A stretch of 64,000 nucleotides of DNA. Source: Verrucomicrobiota bacterium. Its GTDB lineage: Bacteria; Verrucomicrobiota; Verrucomicrobiia; Limisphaerales; AAA164-E04. Position numbers and translations under genes: made by a program. Positions 41,215 through 51,619 of the stretch are shown here, piece after piece. The stretch lies in assembly GCA_047947115.1 (NCBI GenBank), contig CP170459.1, forward strand, positions 768,001 through 832,000, read 5' to 3'. The notes below the pieces were generated by a model, which was given only the letters and a program-made list of their open reading frames with translations, was not told the DNA's origin and did not search any database. How positions within the stretch are numbered: the stretch's first letter is position 1; each line of letters starts with the position of its first letter.

Positions 41215-42294
41215 CTATCCTTCCTTTTCCACCTTCAAACGCAACTGGCCGCAGGCGGCATCGATATCATGGCCTTTTTCCCGGCGAAGGGTTGCTTTGA
41301 CGCCGCGCTGGATGAGACCTTCCAAAAAGCTCTCTTGAACGTCCTCCGCAGGGCGTTTCCAGGAAAGGCCATCCACCGAGTTATAAGGAATCAGGTTGAC
41401 CTTCGAATGCATCTTCTGGGCCCAGTCCGCCAGCGGCGCGACCTGATCCATACCATCGTTCACCCCTGCGATCAGGATGTATTCGAAGGTGATCATCTTC
41501 CCTTTTTCGCGTATGTAAGTCTGACAAGCATCCATGAGCACCTGAATGGGATATTTCCGATTCACCGGCATGATCTGAGAACGCACTTCATCCGTAGCGC
41601 CATGCAACGAAATGGCCAGACGAAATTGGTAGGGCTCCTTTGCCAACAATTCAATCTGAGGGGCCAGACCACTTGTGGAAATGGTGATCTTGCGGGCACC
41701 TATGTTGCACCCCCAAGGCGCGTTCACAATCGAAAGCGCCTTCATGAGATGATCGTAATTGGCCATCGGCTCCCCCATCCCCATGATGACGAGATTGTTC
41801 ACTTTGCGATCCTGGTCCTTGCCCAGTTTGGATCGAAAATAATGTTCCACCCAGAGTAATTGTCCGACAATTTCCTCGGGCAATAAATTGCGTTTCCATC
41901 CATCCAAACCGCTGGCGCAGAATTTGCATCCGTACGCACATCCTACTTGTGTCGAAACACACAAAGTATGACGATCGCTGGCTTCTCCGTAAAGCGCGGG
42001 GTTGGCGGGAATCAAAACGCTTTCAACCATGGCCCCGTCCTCAAGACGCCAGAGAAATTTCTGGGTGGTGTCATCGCTCCCCTGTTTTCGAACACACTCA
42101 GGCAAAGCGCTTCGGAAATCCTGACTCAACTTCTCTCTGAGCTTTTTTGGCAGATTAGACATCTCATCGATGTCCCCCACTCGTTTGCGATAGATCCAGT
42201 CCAGAATCTGCCCACCACGGTATGCAGGTTCTCCCCACTCTTTGAGGTGATCTTGGAGGATTTCGGGGGTGAGAGATTGGAGGCAGACAGACAT
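41215..42294 (-). CDS. rlmN: 23S rRNA m2A2503/tRNA A37 methyltransferase (radical SAM)
   Basis: TLCVSTQVGCAYGCKFCASG, MGMGEP, TISTSG, ISLHGA, VNLIPYN, DIDAACGQL. Confidence 0.96.
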   Translation of the reverse strand: MSVCLQSLTPEILQDHLKEWGEPAYRGGQILDWIYRKRVGDIDEMSNLPKKLREKLSQDFRSALPECVRKQGSDDTTQKFLWRLEDGAMVESVLIPANPALYGEASDRHTLCVSTQVGCAYGCKFCASGLDGWKRNLLPEEIVGQLLWVEHYFRSKLGKDQDRKVNNLVIMGMGEPMANYDHLMKALSIVNAPWGCNIGARKITISTSGLAPQIELLAKEPYQFRLAISLHGATDEVRSQIMPVNRKYPIQVLMDACQTYIREKGKMITFEYILIAGVNDGMDQVAPLADWAQKMHSKVNLIPYNSVDGLSWKRPAEDVQESFLEGLIQRGVKATLRREKGHDIDAACGQLRLKVEKEG

Positions 42295-42345
42295 AAAAAG
42301 CAAAACCCGGCCGATTCCACCTATGGAACCGACCGGGATGAATGT

Positions 42346-44481
42346 TTATTCGCCAGTGAGGTAATACTTGTTGGCGTAATCCTGCACCATACGCCAGGTA
42401 TTGTATTCCGGCGTGAGCGTGGAGATGGATCGACGGATTTTTTGAATCCACTGACGCGGCACTCCTGCGGCATCGCGGTTGTAAAAGGTGGGAATCACCT
42501 CGTCATTAAGAACCTTATAGAGGTTTTCGCTGTCAACACGATCCTGCTCTTCGATGGAATCAGGATGCGAATCCGGTCCGATGGCAAAACCGTTGGTGCC
42601 ATCGAAACCTTCACGCCACCAACCGTCCATGATGCTCATGTTCAAACACCCATGCGCGGAAGTTTTCTGGCCACTGGTTCCGGAAGCTTCCAATGGACGA
42701 CGTGGATTGTTCAACCATACATCACAACCGGACACCATCTGACGGGCCACATGGATGTCGTAGTTCTCAAGGAACACCAGGTGTCCATGCAATTCCGTGT
42801 GTTTGCTGAGGTGGATGATGTGTTGAATGAAACGCTTACCTTCATCATCGCGAGGATGCGCTTTTCCGGCAAAGATAAACTGAATAGGGCGCTGCTTGTC
42901 TTTGACCAGTTTAACGATGTGCTCGAACTGCTGGAAGATGAGCGGAGCGCGCTTGTATGTCGCAAAACGTCGCGCAAATCCGATCGTAAGAACGTCCGGG
43001 TTCAGCAGATGATCGTAGGTGATGAAGTTTTCCCGTTTCAAATTCTGGCTTTGAATCAACAGTCGACGACGGGCAAACTCGATCAACTCACGCCGCAACA
43101 CCGAGCGCAATGCCCATATCTCCTCATCGGAAACAAACCCAGGATCCTCCATGCGTTGCCAGAATTCGGGAGTGTTCAAATCCGTTTCCCAACCCTCTCC
43201 CAAACGACGACGGAAGAATCGGCGCAAAGGCCCTTTCATCCAACCGGCAACATGTACCCCGTTCGTAATGTGCCCAATCGGCACTTCTTCAACGGATTTG
43301 CCAGGGTAAAGTCCCTGCCACATCTGGCGACTGATTTCACCATGAAGTTCACTCACACCATTGGCAGTACGTGAATACTTGAGCGCCAGAACCGTCATGC
43401 AGAAAGGTTCCGATTCATCCCCCTGCTGCACGCGCCCCATGTCCATGAACTCCTGATGAGAAATCTTGAGGTTGGAAGCAAAGCGATGTGCGGCATACTG
43501 CACCAGATCGCTGCTGAAACGATCATGACCGGCTTCCACAGGAGTATGCGTGGTGAAAATACATTCCTTGGTGGTTAATGCTTTGGCTTCATCCAGGGAA
43601 CTGCCTGCAGCCAGCTTCTCACGCATCAGTTCCAGGGTCAGGAATGCGGCGTGCCCTTCATTCATGTGAAACACGGAAGGCTGAAGACCCAGCGCACGCA
43701 ACATGCGAACGCCACCGACACCCAGCAGGATTTCCTGCATGATGCGCGTCGTGCTGTCGCCGCCATAAACCCGCAGGGTGAGATCACGATAGTGTTCCTC
43801 GTTCTCGGGCAGGTTGGTATCCATCAGGTAAAGGGGAATGCGCCCCACATTGACCTGCCATACTTTGAATTTCACCTGACTCGTGGCGATTTGCACCATG
43901 CAGGTCAACTGCTCACCTTTGGCATCAAGAACAGCCTCCATGGGCAGGTTTCGAGGGTTGAGTATGGAATAGTATTCCGTCTGCCAGTTTTCCTCGTTGA
44001 TGGTCTGCATGAAGTAGCCCTGACGATAAAACAGGCTGATCCCTACAAACGGCAACCCCAGATCACTGGCCGACTTGGCGTGATCCCCTGCCAGAATGCC
44101 CAGTCCGCCTGCAGCGATGGGGAGAGTTTCGCTGAGACCAAACTCGGCCGAGAAATAAGCGACCGGCTTGTCATTTAATTTCTGCGCGTTCTCAGCGGCC
44201 CAGGTGTTGGGCTCGTTCATGTAGGCATCGAATTTTTTCAACACATCCCGTACTGCATCGGCAAATGCCGGTTCCTGCAATCGGGTACGGAGTTCGTAAT
44301 CGGATACCTCGTGCAACACGGCAACCGCGTTGTGATACAGGTTTTGCCAGGCACGCGGGGAAAGCTTGTGAAAGATTTCCTGCGCTTCCTGGTTCCAGGT
44401 CCACCAAAGGTTGCGGGCAAGCCGGTTCAACCCGAGGATCAGTTCAGATAATTCCGCTGAAGAAAGCGGTTCAGTTTTCAT
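42346..44481 (-). CDS. glgP: Alpha-glucan (glycogen/maltodextrin) phosphorylase
   Basis: LARNLWWTW, AYFSAEFG, GGLGILAGDHAKSASDLG, HMNEGH, GFARRFATYKR, PLP site EASGTSGQK. Confidence 0.93.
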   Translation of the reverse strand: MKTEPLSSAELSELILGLNRLARNLWWTWNQEAQEIFHKLSPRAWQNLYHNAVAVLHEVSDYELRTRLQEPAFADAVRDVLKKFDAYMNEPNTWAAENAQKLNDKPVAYFSAEFGLSETLPIAAGGLGILAGDHAKSASDLGLPFVGISLFYRQGYFMQTINEENWQTEYYSILNPRNLPMEAVLDAKGEQLTCMVQIATSQVKFKVWQVNVGRIPLYLMDTNLPENEEHYRDLTLRVYGGDSTTRIMQEILLGVGGVRMLRALGLQPSVFHMNEGHAAFLTLELMREKLAAGSSLDEAKALTTKECIFTTHTPVEAGHDRFSSDLVQYAAHRFASNLKISHQEFMDMGRVQQGDESEPFCMTVLALKYSRTANGVSELHGEISRQMWQGLYPGKSVEEVPIGHITNGVHVAGWMKGPLRRFFRRRLGEGWETDLNTPEFWQRMEDPGFVSDEEIWALRSVLRRELIEFARRRLLIQSQNLKRENFITYDHLLNPDVLTIGFARRFATYKRAPLIFQQFEHIVKLVKDKQRPIQFIFAGKAHPRDDEGKRFIQHIIHLSKHTELHGHLVFLENYDIHVARQMVSGCDVWLNNPRRPLEASGTSGQKTSAHGCLNMSIMDGWWREGFDGTNGFAIGPDSHPDSIEEQDRVDSENLYKVLNDEVIPTFYNRDAAGVPRQWIQKIRRSISTLTPEYNTWRMVQDYANKYYLTGE

Positions 44482-44761
44482 AGTCCAAGTTCAGATTTAA
44501 GGTTAATCAAAGGTCGGAAACGGCAAGAAATGCCACTACCAACATGTGAGCAAAGACAAAACGATGGGTTTTGGCAATCTATTGTTTCCCCGAAGAAATA
44601 AGGACCCGCCCCCCGCCCAAGAACGCATACCCACGCCAAGGCACTCTGAAACGTGTTGTACAGCACCGCTCTGAACACCTTCCACATGCCCCAGTCGGGT
44701 TAAAATACTGCGAACCTGAGCCTAAACGTCGAATGTGCCCTCGCGGATGGATGAGGGTAGA

Positions 44762-45141
44762 CTAGCCCCCTGCACCCAGACTATACGGCCAGGTCACAGC
44801 CAGACTGACAAACCCCTTGCGCTCAAGGATCGGTTTACTCATCGGAGCGGCATCCACCGACAGATATCGATGGCCTTTTGGTCGCAGCTTCCTTTAAACG
44901 CGTGGTCAGCAACGCAGAATAGATCCCTTTTTGGCGAAGTCTCGGAATCACGGCTCCCCCATGCAGTTCGGGAGACGGAGATCCGGGTAAATACTCCACC
45001 CATCCGGATCCGACAACCTCCTCCTTTGCCTTCACATGGAGCCTGTCGCACGAGATATCCCAGGTCCTCTCGCTTGAAGCCCGCAAAGCTCATGGTTCCG
45101 CGGTCTTTGATATACTCTTCTTTTACAGATTCTCGATCCAT
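44762..45141 (-). pseudogene. Degraded GNAT acetyltransferase
   Basis: Three frames: MDRESVKEEY...GYLVRQ; VVGSGWVEYLPGSPSPELHGGAVIPRLRQKGIYSALLTTRLKEA (GNAT motif A); after a shift in the A-run at ~44876-44879, GHRYLSVDAAPMSKPILERKGFV...PYSLGAGG*. Confidence 0.7.
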
Positions 45142-45173
45142 CACGGAAAATGAGCGAAGCCAATCAGCTTGGA

Positions 45174-45770
45174 TCAGGACTTGCGAGCAACCGTCACCGT
45201 ATCGAAGGCTGCTTCCATCGGAAATCCCAGTGGCGCCAGCAGCTTCGATATCAAAATACGCTTCTTGCTCTGCCATTCCATACCGATGCCGGGGACCACT
45301 TTTTTGATGCCTTTGGACTCGATACTCTCGCACTTGGAAAGCACCACTTCCAAACCCGCCTCCTCAGAAACAGCCCGCATCCCATCCGGATACGCGCGCC
45401 AGCAATCCTGGGGATGTTCGTGGTAAGGCCAACTGACCGGATTCAAGGTGATGACCAAACCGCCCTTTTTGGTAATACGCGCCAGTTCCTTCATCCACGC
45501 CCAAATCTTGGGAACATGCTCAAACACTTGCGCGGAAAACACCAGATCATAAGATTCGTCTTCGATCGGAAACGTATAAGGATCGACGTTTCGGTAAGTA
45601 AGCCGTTCGTCATCGGTGATATCCAATGTGTCCCATTGACCCGATCCACCGGTGGCAAGCTTGCAGTAGGGAGACGGGAAATCAGACGGCCCGATTTCAA
45701 GAATACGTTCGGCATCCTTGAAATAACTCTGGGCGTAGGCTTCAAAAAGTAATCGACTGTTGTTGTGCAT
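45174..45770 (-). CDS. Class I SAM-dependent methyltransferase (Methyltransf_11-like)
   Basis: ILEIGP, FPIEDESYDLVFSAQVFEHV, ELARITKKGG, WPYHEHPQDCWR. Confidence 0.85.
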   Translation of the reverse strand: MHNNSRLLFEAYAQSYFKDAERILEIGPSDFPSPYCKLATGGSGQWDTLDITDDERLTYRNVDPYTFPIEDESYDLVFSAQVFEHVPKIWAWMKELARITKKGGLVITLNPVSWPYHEHPQDCWRAYPDGMRAVSEEAGLEVVLSKCESIESKGIKKVVPGIGMEWQSKKRILISKLLAPLGFPMEAAFDTVTVARKS

Positions 45771-45794
45771 GTGTTTCTTGATTGATGAAGAACT

Positions 45795-46346
45795 CTACCG
45801 GGATTTCCTGCCATAGAGCAAGTCAACCTGTGTCTCGCCGGTGAGATATTGAATGACTTCCATGACATTCGGATCGGCTTTGGACTCGGGAAAATGAACG
45901 AGAAACCATCGAACCTTGCCTTCCGGCAACAATTCTTCGTCTGGTAAAATCGGATGTTCCTCCCAAGGTTTGGGCAATTGTTCCCACAGCCCACGTTGGG
46001 ATTCACTCAACAGGATAATGCGCGACGCATTCAAATCAGGCAATGTCACCTCGGGAACCGAACCTGTCTGCAGGGGAATCCGTTTGACTTGTATACCATG
46101 AGCCAATTCGTAAGCCGTCATCAGTTCCTTGAACATCTCGCCAATACCGGATTCCACATACATTTCGACCGCTTTCAGAGATCGCTGACCTTCGGGCAAT
46201 GGTCCGGTATCCTTCTGCATCGTCAACACACTGGCACGCCACCAGGTGAGCAACGACAAAGCCACCACCGTGGACACAAGAATCAAGATATTTTCCTTCC
46301 GACGCGTCATTTCCGAAATGTTGACGACAATAGCGCGCAATTGCAA
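45795..46346 (-). CDS. Hypothetical membrane-anchored protein, weakly like a periplasmic-binding-protein N-lobe; start uncertain
   Basis: TM segment then VEMYVESGIGEMFKELMTAYELAHGIQV. Confidence 0.45.
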   Translation of the reverse strand: MQLRAIVVNISEMTRRKENILILVSTVVALSLLTWWRASVLTMQKDTGPLPEGQRSLKAVEMYVESGIGEMFKELMTAYELAHGIQVKRIPLQTGSVPEVTLPDLNASRIILLSESQRGLWEQLPKPWEEHPILPDEELLPEGKVRWFLVHFPESKADPNVMEVIQYLTGETQVDLLYGRKSR

Positions 46347-46605
46347 ACCAAGCTTACAGATATGTGCAAACCAGCGATCCTATTCGGACACTTCAGGTAG
46401 TGCGTGCCGTCCCTGGTGTGCTCCTTGTGGTGTTCAAACTCTCCAATCACCTTCCATTTCGGGAAGCCTACAATTCTCGAAATCCCGATCTGCATTCGAA
46501 TATAAACAAAGGAATTTATCGTTCAGATGCGCCGGCGCTTTCCTTTGGATGACATCATTACTCTCGGATGCCATAAGGGGCGCATCGGGACGATACGATC
46601 TACCT

Positions 46606-46707
46606 GTGGGGAACCCGCTGCCGCGGATCCGTCAGCGCGCTGAGGGGTATGAAGACTTATGGTGGCATTCGGACACAACACCGGCCGAGCAGCAGCTCAG
46701 CCCTACC
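46606..46707. repeat. Degenerate single copy of the 123-bp REP doublet unit
   Basis: GTGGGGAACCCGCTGCCGCGGATCCG...TTCGGACACAACACCGGCCGAGCAGCAGCTCAGCCCTACC matches the unit of the 52207 array. Confidence 0.8.
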
Positions 46708-46774
46708 CGAAACCAATTCAATTCGCTCGCATTTTGATTCGACTCCCCCCTCCCGCGCTTGGCAAATTGCCCGC

Positions 46775-47440
46775 ATGTCGGAATCTTTGCCATGGAACAA
46801 TGAAATCGAAGCGGCTTCTTTGGTGATCTGGGATTATCATTGCCTGAAAAGGCCTGTCGAACCAGCTGAAATGATCCTGATCCTCGGAAGCCACGATTTG
46901 CGCGTCGGTGACCGCGCGGCAGAACTTTATCACGCGGGCATGGCTCCTCTGCTGTTATTCACCGGTGGATATGGAAACTGGACCGATGGCGTCTTTGAAA
47001 AGCCGGAAGCCGAACTCATTTCCGAACGAGCCATGGAATGCGGCGTCCCGGCGGAAGCCATTCTCAAAGAACCCAACGCCACCAACACCGGGGAAAACAT
47101 CCGAAACTCCAAAGCGCTTCTGAAAGAAAAAGGCATTCAAATCGAGAAAGCCATCGCCATCCAAAAACCTTACATGGAGCGCCGCGCCTACGCTTCCCTT
47201 TGCAAGCAATGGACGGAAATCGAATGGCAGATCACATCACCTCAACTCAGTTTCCACCAATATTGCAACGCTGACATCACCCAGGAACTCGTCACCGAAA
47301 TCATGGTCGGCGACCTGGAGCGCATCATTGAATACCCCAAACTCGGATACCAAACCGAACAGGAAATGCCGGAATCCGTTCTGGAAGCCTGGCGGTTTCT
47401 CATCAAGGAAGGCTATGATGGGCATTTGATGGCGAAGTGA
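46775..47440 (+). CDS. YdcF/DUF218 family protein
   Basis: IWDYH, ILILGSHD, LLFTGG.G, EPNATNTGENI, QKPYMERRAYA. Confidence 0.88.
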   Translation: MSESLPWNNEIEAASLVIWDYHCLKRPVEPAEMILILGSHDLRVGDRAAELYHAGMAPLLLFTGGYGNWTDGVFEKPEAELISERAMECGVPAEAILKEPNATNTGENIRNSKALLKEKGIQIEKAIAIQKPYMERRAYASLCKQWTEIEWQITSPQLSFHQYCNADITQELVTEIMVGDLERIIEYPKLGYQTEQEMPESVLEAWRFLIKEGYDGHLMAK

Positions 47441-47490
47441 GGAGTGAATGAATATTGCAATTAAGGAACACAAAGTCTATCTTTGGAATC

Positions 47491-47706
47491 ATGATGAATG
47501 CGGAAACAATTATTAGTGACATACAAAGTCTACCTGCATCCGAACAACAAAAAGTGCACGAGTTTTTTCTTACTCAGCAAATCCCTGACATCCACCAAAA
47601 GGTTCAAGCCGGAATTGATCAACTGAATAAAGGGATGGTCGTAGAAGGTGACGCTATGTTTCAGAGATTACTTGCAAAAGCTAAATCAATTGCTGATCCC
47701 AAATGA
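47491..47706 (+). CDS. Putative antitoxin (ParD-like/addiction module)
   Basis: Small ORF (...KVQAGIDQLNKGMVVEGDAMFQRL) overlapping the ParE gene by 4 bp. Confidence 0.65.
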   Translation: MMNAETIISDIQSLPASEQQKVHEFFLTQQIPDIHQKVQAGIDQLNKGMVVEGDAMFQRLLAKAKSIADPK

Positions 47707-47996
47707 AGCGGCCAACTTTTACCAGGTTGGCGGAACAAGATCTTGATGACATTTTAAACTACATCGCTCTGGACAATCCTAAAGCAGCGGTAAAGTTTGT
47801 TTTAACAATAAAGAAGAAATGTGAGTTTTTGGCGTTGTTTCCTGAGATTGGAATGCTCAAGTTGGATTTAGGTGCAGGTATTAGGAGTTTTCCGGTTCGC
47901 AATTACTTGATTATATATCGCGCCTCAGATGAAGGAATTGAAGTAGCAAGAATCCTAAGCGGATTTCGCAGGCTTCCCCAGTTTTTCAGGCATTAA
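47703..47996 (+). CDS. parE: RelE/ParE family toxin
   Basis: AEQDLDDILNYIALDNPKAA..LALFPEIG..IRSFPVRNYLIIYR..IEVARIL. Confidence 0.85.
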   Translation: MKRPTFTRLAEQDLDDILNYIALDNPKAAVKFVLTIKKKCEFLALFPEIGMLKLDLGAGIRSFPVRNYLIIYRASDEGIEVARILSGFRRLPQFFRH

Positions 47997-50971
47997 TCCA
48001 ATTCCCGCAACGCCATCCCCGTGAAACTCCCTTTACATTTCTTGACCGTTTCCGGAGTCCCGCACGCCACCAGTTCACCACCGCCATCACCACCCTCCGG
48101 GCCCAGATCCAGAATCCAATCAGAACTCTTGATCACATCGATGTGATGCTCGATCATGATGACCGAATGGCCTGCATCCACCAAATCCTGAAACAAATTC
48201 AGCAGAATCCGCACATCTTCAAAATGCAGACCGGTCGTGGGTTCATCAAAAACATACAGACAATGCTTCGGACCATTGCGCATGCCCGATATTTGAGTGA
48301 GGTGCTTGACCAGTTTGAGGCGTTGGCTTTCCCCTCCACTCAAAGTATTGACCGGTTGACCCAGTTGCAAATAGCCCAATCCCGCCCTTTGCAGCCATTC
48401 CAGCCCATACCCCGCCTTTTGAGCATGACGTGATTCGGGAAGGGATTGGAGGAAATCCAACACCTCATCCACCGTCGCTTCCAACAGATCGGCAATGCTC
48501 CAGGAACGGCGCGGTTTCTTCGATCTACCTTCGCTTTCCTCAACAAGCTTGATCTCCAAAATCTGCGGTCGATAGCGACGCCCTTCGCACTCGGGACAGC
48601 GTATGAAAATGTCGCTTAAAAACTGCATCTCAATCTTCTCAAAACCCACCCCCTTGCAGTGCTGGCACTGGCCGGTCTTTGAATTAAAACTGAAGTTGCC
48701 CGGTTTGAGTTTCTTTTTCTTAGCATCGTTCGTCTGAGCAAACAGCTCTCTTATGGAATCGAACGCCCCGATGTACACTGCCGGATTGGATCGCGGCGTT
48801 CGCCCGATGGGAGACTGATCCACCAGCACCGTTTCATCGATCACTTTAGCACCGCTAAGTTTTGCAGCTTTTGAACCGGCATCGGATTCGGACAAATCCG
48901 AATCCTCATCATCAAACGTTTTCTCGAGCGTCAAATCCTGATTCAAACTATCCTTTAATAAAGGAATCAACACCTCACGCACCAAGGTCGTTTTGCCAGA
49001 CCCACTGACACCGGTGATGCAAACCAATCGATTCAAAGGGATGGCAACAGACAGGTCCTTGAGATTAAACTTGCAGGCATGCTCGATTCGCAACCAACCG
49101 GATTTCGACCTCGGATTCACCGGACGCGCACGGAACGCATCGATGTTCAGATGACCAGAGAGGTATTTACCCGTCAACGATTGAGCCGATTCGAGAAGTT
49201 TCGAAACAGTCCCTTGAAACACCACATTGCCCCCGGATTCGCCGTGCCCCGGACCGATGTCGATGATCTGATCCGCAGCTTCCATCATCTTCGCCTCGTG
49301 CTCCACCACCACAACCGTGTTTCCCAGATCACGCAGTTGTTGCAGGATTTGAATAAGCCGATCCGTATCACGCGGATGAAGCCCCACACTGGGTTCGTCC
49401 AACACGTAAAGTGTATTGACGAGACGCGTGCCAAGGCAACTGGTTAGATTCACTCGTTCGGTTTCCCCGCCGGAAAGGCTGCGCGTCGGTCGGTCCAGAG
49501 TGAGGTAATCCAACCCAACCTCCACCATGAACGCCAAACGCGACTGTATCTCATCCAACACCAAACCGAGGGGTTCGGTCGATTTGGGTTTGAATCGATC
49601 CCGCCAGGACTGTAACGCGCGTAACGCTTCCCCCAAAGGAAGCCGATAAAATTCAGGCAACGATATTCCGTGCTTTGAAGCACCTTCCAACGGCATGCGG
49701 TAATTCAAAGCATCCGGCTTTAACCGATTGCCATGGCAAGAAGGACACATCTTGTAAGTGCGATAACGCGCCAACAACACGCGCACATGCATCTTGTAAG
49801 ACTTCGATTCCAACCACCGAAAATAACCCCTCACCCCATACCAGGCCTTCGGCCACTGATGCTCCGCGTCCTTCCCGTAATCCGGATCCCCTTCCAGCAC
49901 CCATGCCTGCAAATCCTCCGACATTTTTTCAAAGGGCACGTTTGTGGGAACCTTGCGCTTGCGACAGAAAGAGATCAGATCATTCTGACATTCCACCCCA
50001 TGTCCGGTCTGCCAAGGTTTGACAACTCCGTCAGCTATGGAAAGCCGGGTATCTGGAATCGCCGACATAAGGTCGATGGTGATCACCCGGCCAAACCCTT
50101 TGCATTCAGGGCATGCGCCGACGGGATTGTTGAAACTGAACAAGGAAGGCGTCGGCTCCCGGTAATCCAGATCACAATGCGAACAATGCCGGTGGAGCGA
50201 ATGACGTTTCATGCGGGACTCCTTACGATAATCCCTCTCAAAAACCCGAACCGTTAAATGTCCTTTCCCAAAATGATAAGCCTGTTCACAAGCCTCCACA
50301 AATCTGGAGCGCGATTTGGCGTCCAGACGCAGCCTGTCCAGCACAATTGTCAGGTGTTTAGGTTTCAACCCTTCCAAGGAAGGCAGCGATTCCTCCAGGC
50401 GCATGGGTTCGTCATCAACCAGCAAACGCCTGAATCCCTGCTGCTCTACCAAACCAAGCGATTCACTCAAACTAAGCTTGGAACTTAAGGGCACATCAAA
50501 GGTCACCATCACCGTTTCACCCGGTGCAGCTTCGGACCAATGTTTCCAAACAAAGCCAGGATCCTCCTCACGCACCACCTCCCCGCATTCCGAACAAAAC
50601 AACTCTGCTTTTTGCGCCCACAACACCTTGGCGTGATCGCAAATCTCGGTCATGGTCCCTATGGTGGATCGGGTGGTCTTGACAGCATTGCGTTGTTCAA
50701 TCGCAATGGCAGGCGGGATGCCCTCGATTCGATCGACCTTGGGTTTGTCCATTCGATCGAAAAACTGGCGGGCGTAAGGCGTGAACGTTTCGATATAACG
50801 ACGCTGCCCCTCGGCATAAAGCGTATCAAAAGCCAGCGAACTTTTTCCCGACCCACTCAATCCGGTCACCACCACCAACTTGCCAAGTGGAATATCCAAA
50901 TCAAAATCCTTGAGGTTGTTATGACGAACCCCACGCAATCGAATGCAATTGTCCCGCTTCTTCCTGGGCAT
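47993..50971 (-). CDS. uvrA: Excinuclease ABC subunit A (UvrA family)
   Basis: NNLKD.D..IP, GLSGSGKSSLAFDTLYAEGQRRY, Zn fingers, LSGGETER, second ABC domain GVSGSGKT...LSGGESQRLKL, DEPTTGLH. Confidence 0.93.
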   Translation of the reverse strand: MPRKKRDNCIRLRGVRHNNLKDFDLDIPLGKLVVVTGLSGSGKSSLAFDTLYAEGQRRYIETFTPYARQFFDRMDKPKVDRIEGIPPAIAIEQRNAVKTTRSTIGTMTEICDHAKVLWAQKAELFCSECGEVVREEDPGFVWKHWSEAAPGETVMVTFDVPLSSKLSLSESLGLVEQQGFRRLLVDDEPMRLEESLPSLEGLKPKHLTIVLDRLRLDAKSRSRFVEACEQAYHFGKGHLTVRVFERDYRKESRMKRHSLHRHCSHCDLDYREPTPSLFSFNNPVGACPECKGFGRVITIDLMSAIPDTRLSIADGVVKPWQTGHGVECQNDLISFCRKRKVPTNVPFEKMSEDLQAWVLEGDPDYGKDAEHQWPKAWYGVRGYFRWLESKSYKMHVRVLLARYRTYKMCPSCHGNRLKPDALNYRMPLEGASKHGISLPEFYRLPLGEALRALQSWRDRFKPKSTEPLGLVLDEIQSRLAFMVEVGLDYLTLDRPTRSLSGGETERVNLTSCLGTRLVNTLYVLDEPSVGLHPRDTDRLIQILQQLRDLGNTVVVVEHEAKMMEAADQIIDIGPGHGESGGNVVFQGTVSKLLESAQSLTGKYLSGHLNIDAFRARPVNPRSKSGWLRIEHACKFNLKDLSVAIPLNRLVCITGVSGSGKTTLVREVLIPLLKDSLNQDLTLEKTFDDEDSDLSESDAGSKAAKLSGAKVIDETVLVDQSPIGRTPRSNPAVYIGAFDSIRELFAQTNDAKKKKLKPGNFSFNSKTGQCQHCKGVGFEKIEMQFLSDIFIRCPECEGRRYRPQILEIKLVEESEGRSKKPRRSWSIADLLEATVDEVLDFLQSLPESRHAQKAGYGLEWLQRAGLGYLQLGQPVNTLSGGESQRLKLVKHLTQISGMRNGPKHCLYVFDEPTTGLHFEDVRILLNLFQDLVDAGHSVIMIEHHIDVIKSSDWILDLGPEGGDGGGELVACGTPETVKKCKGSFTGMALRELD

Positions 50972-51070
50972 GAGGCCGAAACTCTATCTCAGATGTCATT
51001 CATGTCAATGGGCTGGTATTTTTGCTCCACATTCAATACTTCAGACCAACACGCGACTGGCGCAATTTTT

Positions 51071-51250
51071 TGGAATGCTGTGGCTCGACACAGCTTTGGA
51101 TACGCCAGGGAAACGTTGTGGTCTCCTCGTGCAGACTGCACTCCATTACTAACAATGGAAGCACTTCAAGTGGATGTTCAAACCATTCGATATTGGACAC
51201 TGCTTGAGTACACGCACCGTATCCAGAGCGGTGATGCTCACCGCACTCCA
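51071..51250. repeat. Inverted REP doublet of a further (GGAGTGCG/CCGCACTCC-type) family
   Basis: 51071-51104 TGGAATGCTGTGGCTCGACACAGCTTTGGATACG resembles the reverse complement of 51218-51250 (TGGAGTGCGGTGAGCATCACCGCTCTGGATACG); each arm has its own internal palindrome. Confidence 0.65.
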
Positions 51251-51359
51251 GAAGGCGCAACAGGAACAGCCAAGCTGAAAGAACCTGACTGACGCGGAAT
51301 GGGCGTCGAAAATTATTATAAAAATTCCTCAAATATCCCTTGTGGATGATCGCTGGGAT

Positions 51360-51413
51360 TCTTGCCTGTTTTTGCCTGAGGAGCATGTCTGGAAGTTCAA
51401 TGGTTGTCTTCAT
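51360..51413 (-). pseudogene. Remnant of a VapB-like antitoxin
   Basis: MKTTIELPDMLLRQ resembles the N-terminus of the 39087 antitoxin (MKTTIDLPAELVRE) and then degenerates. Confidence 0.5.
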
Positions 51414-51619
51414 TTGAGTTATGATAGTGAATACGGGGTTTGGCCAATGCACCACTTACAAGGGTTGCCAAAAGAAAATTCAGACAAGCCTCTGCGTCAC
51501 TGCGTCTCTAGTCCCGATTCATCGGGACGGGCATGAGGATTAACAAGTCTGAACGGATTCGCTTAAGCAAATACTTTTAGCAATAGATAAAGGTTTTCTA
51601 ATCAATCGCAATGATCCTA

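Noticed and set aside
41947..43374. Long antisense ORFs (e.g. 40-807, 10183-11262, 37433-38503, 41947-43374, 55322-56152)
   Set aside because: They are shadow frames opposite well-supported genes and have no recognisable motifs.
44686..44836. Possible 6S-like structured RNA (long imperfect hairpin, CCTGAGCC...GAATGTG similarity)
   Set aside because: The right arm is explained by the GNAT pseudogene C-terminus on the minus strand and the length is short for 6S. An Infernal/Rfam RF00013 search would settle it.
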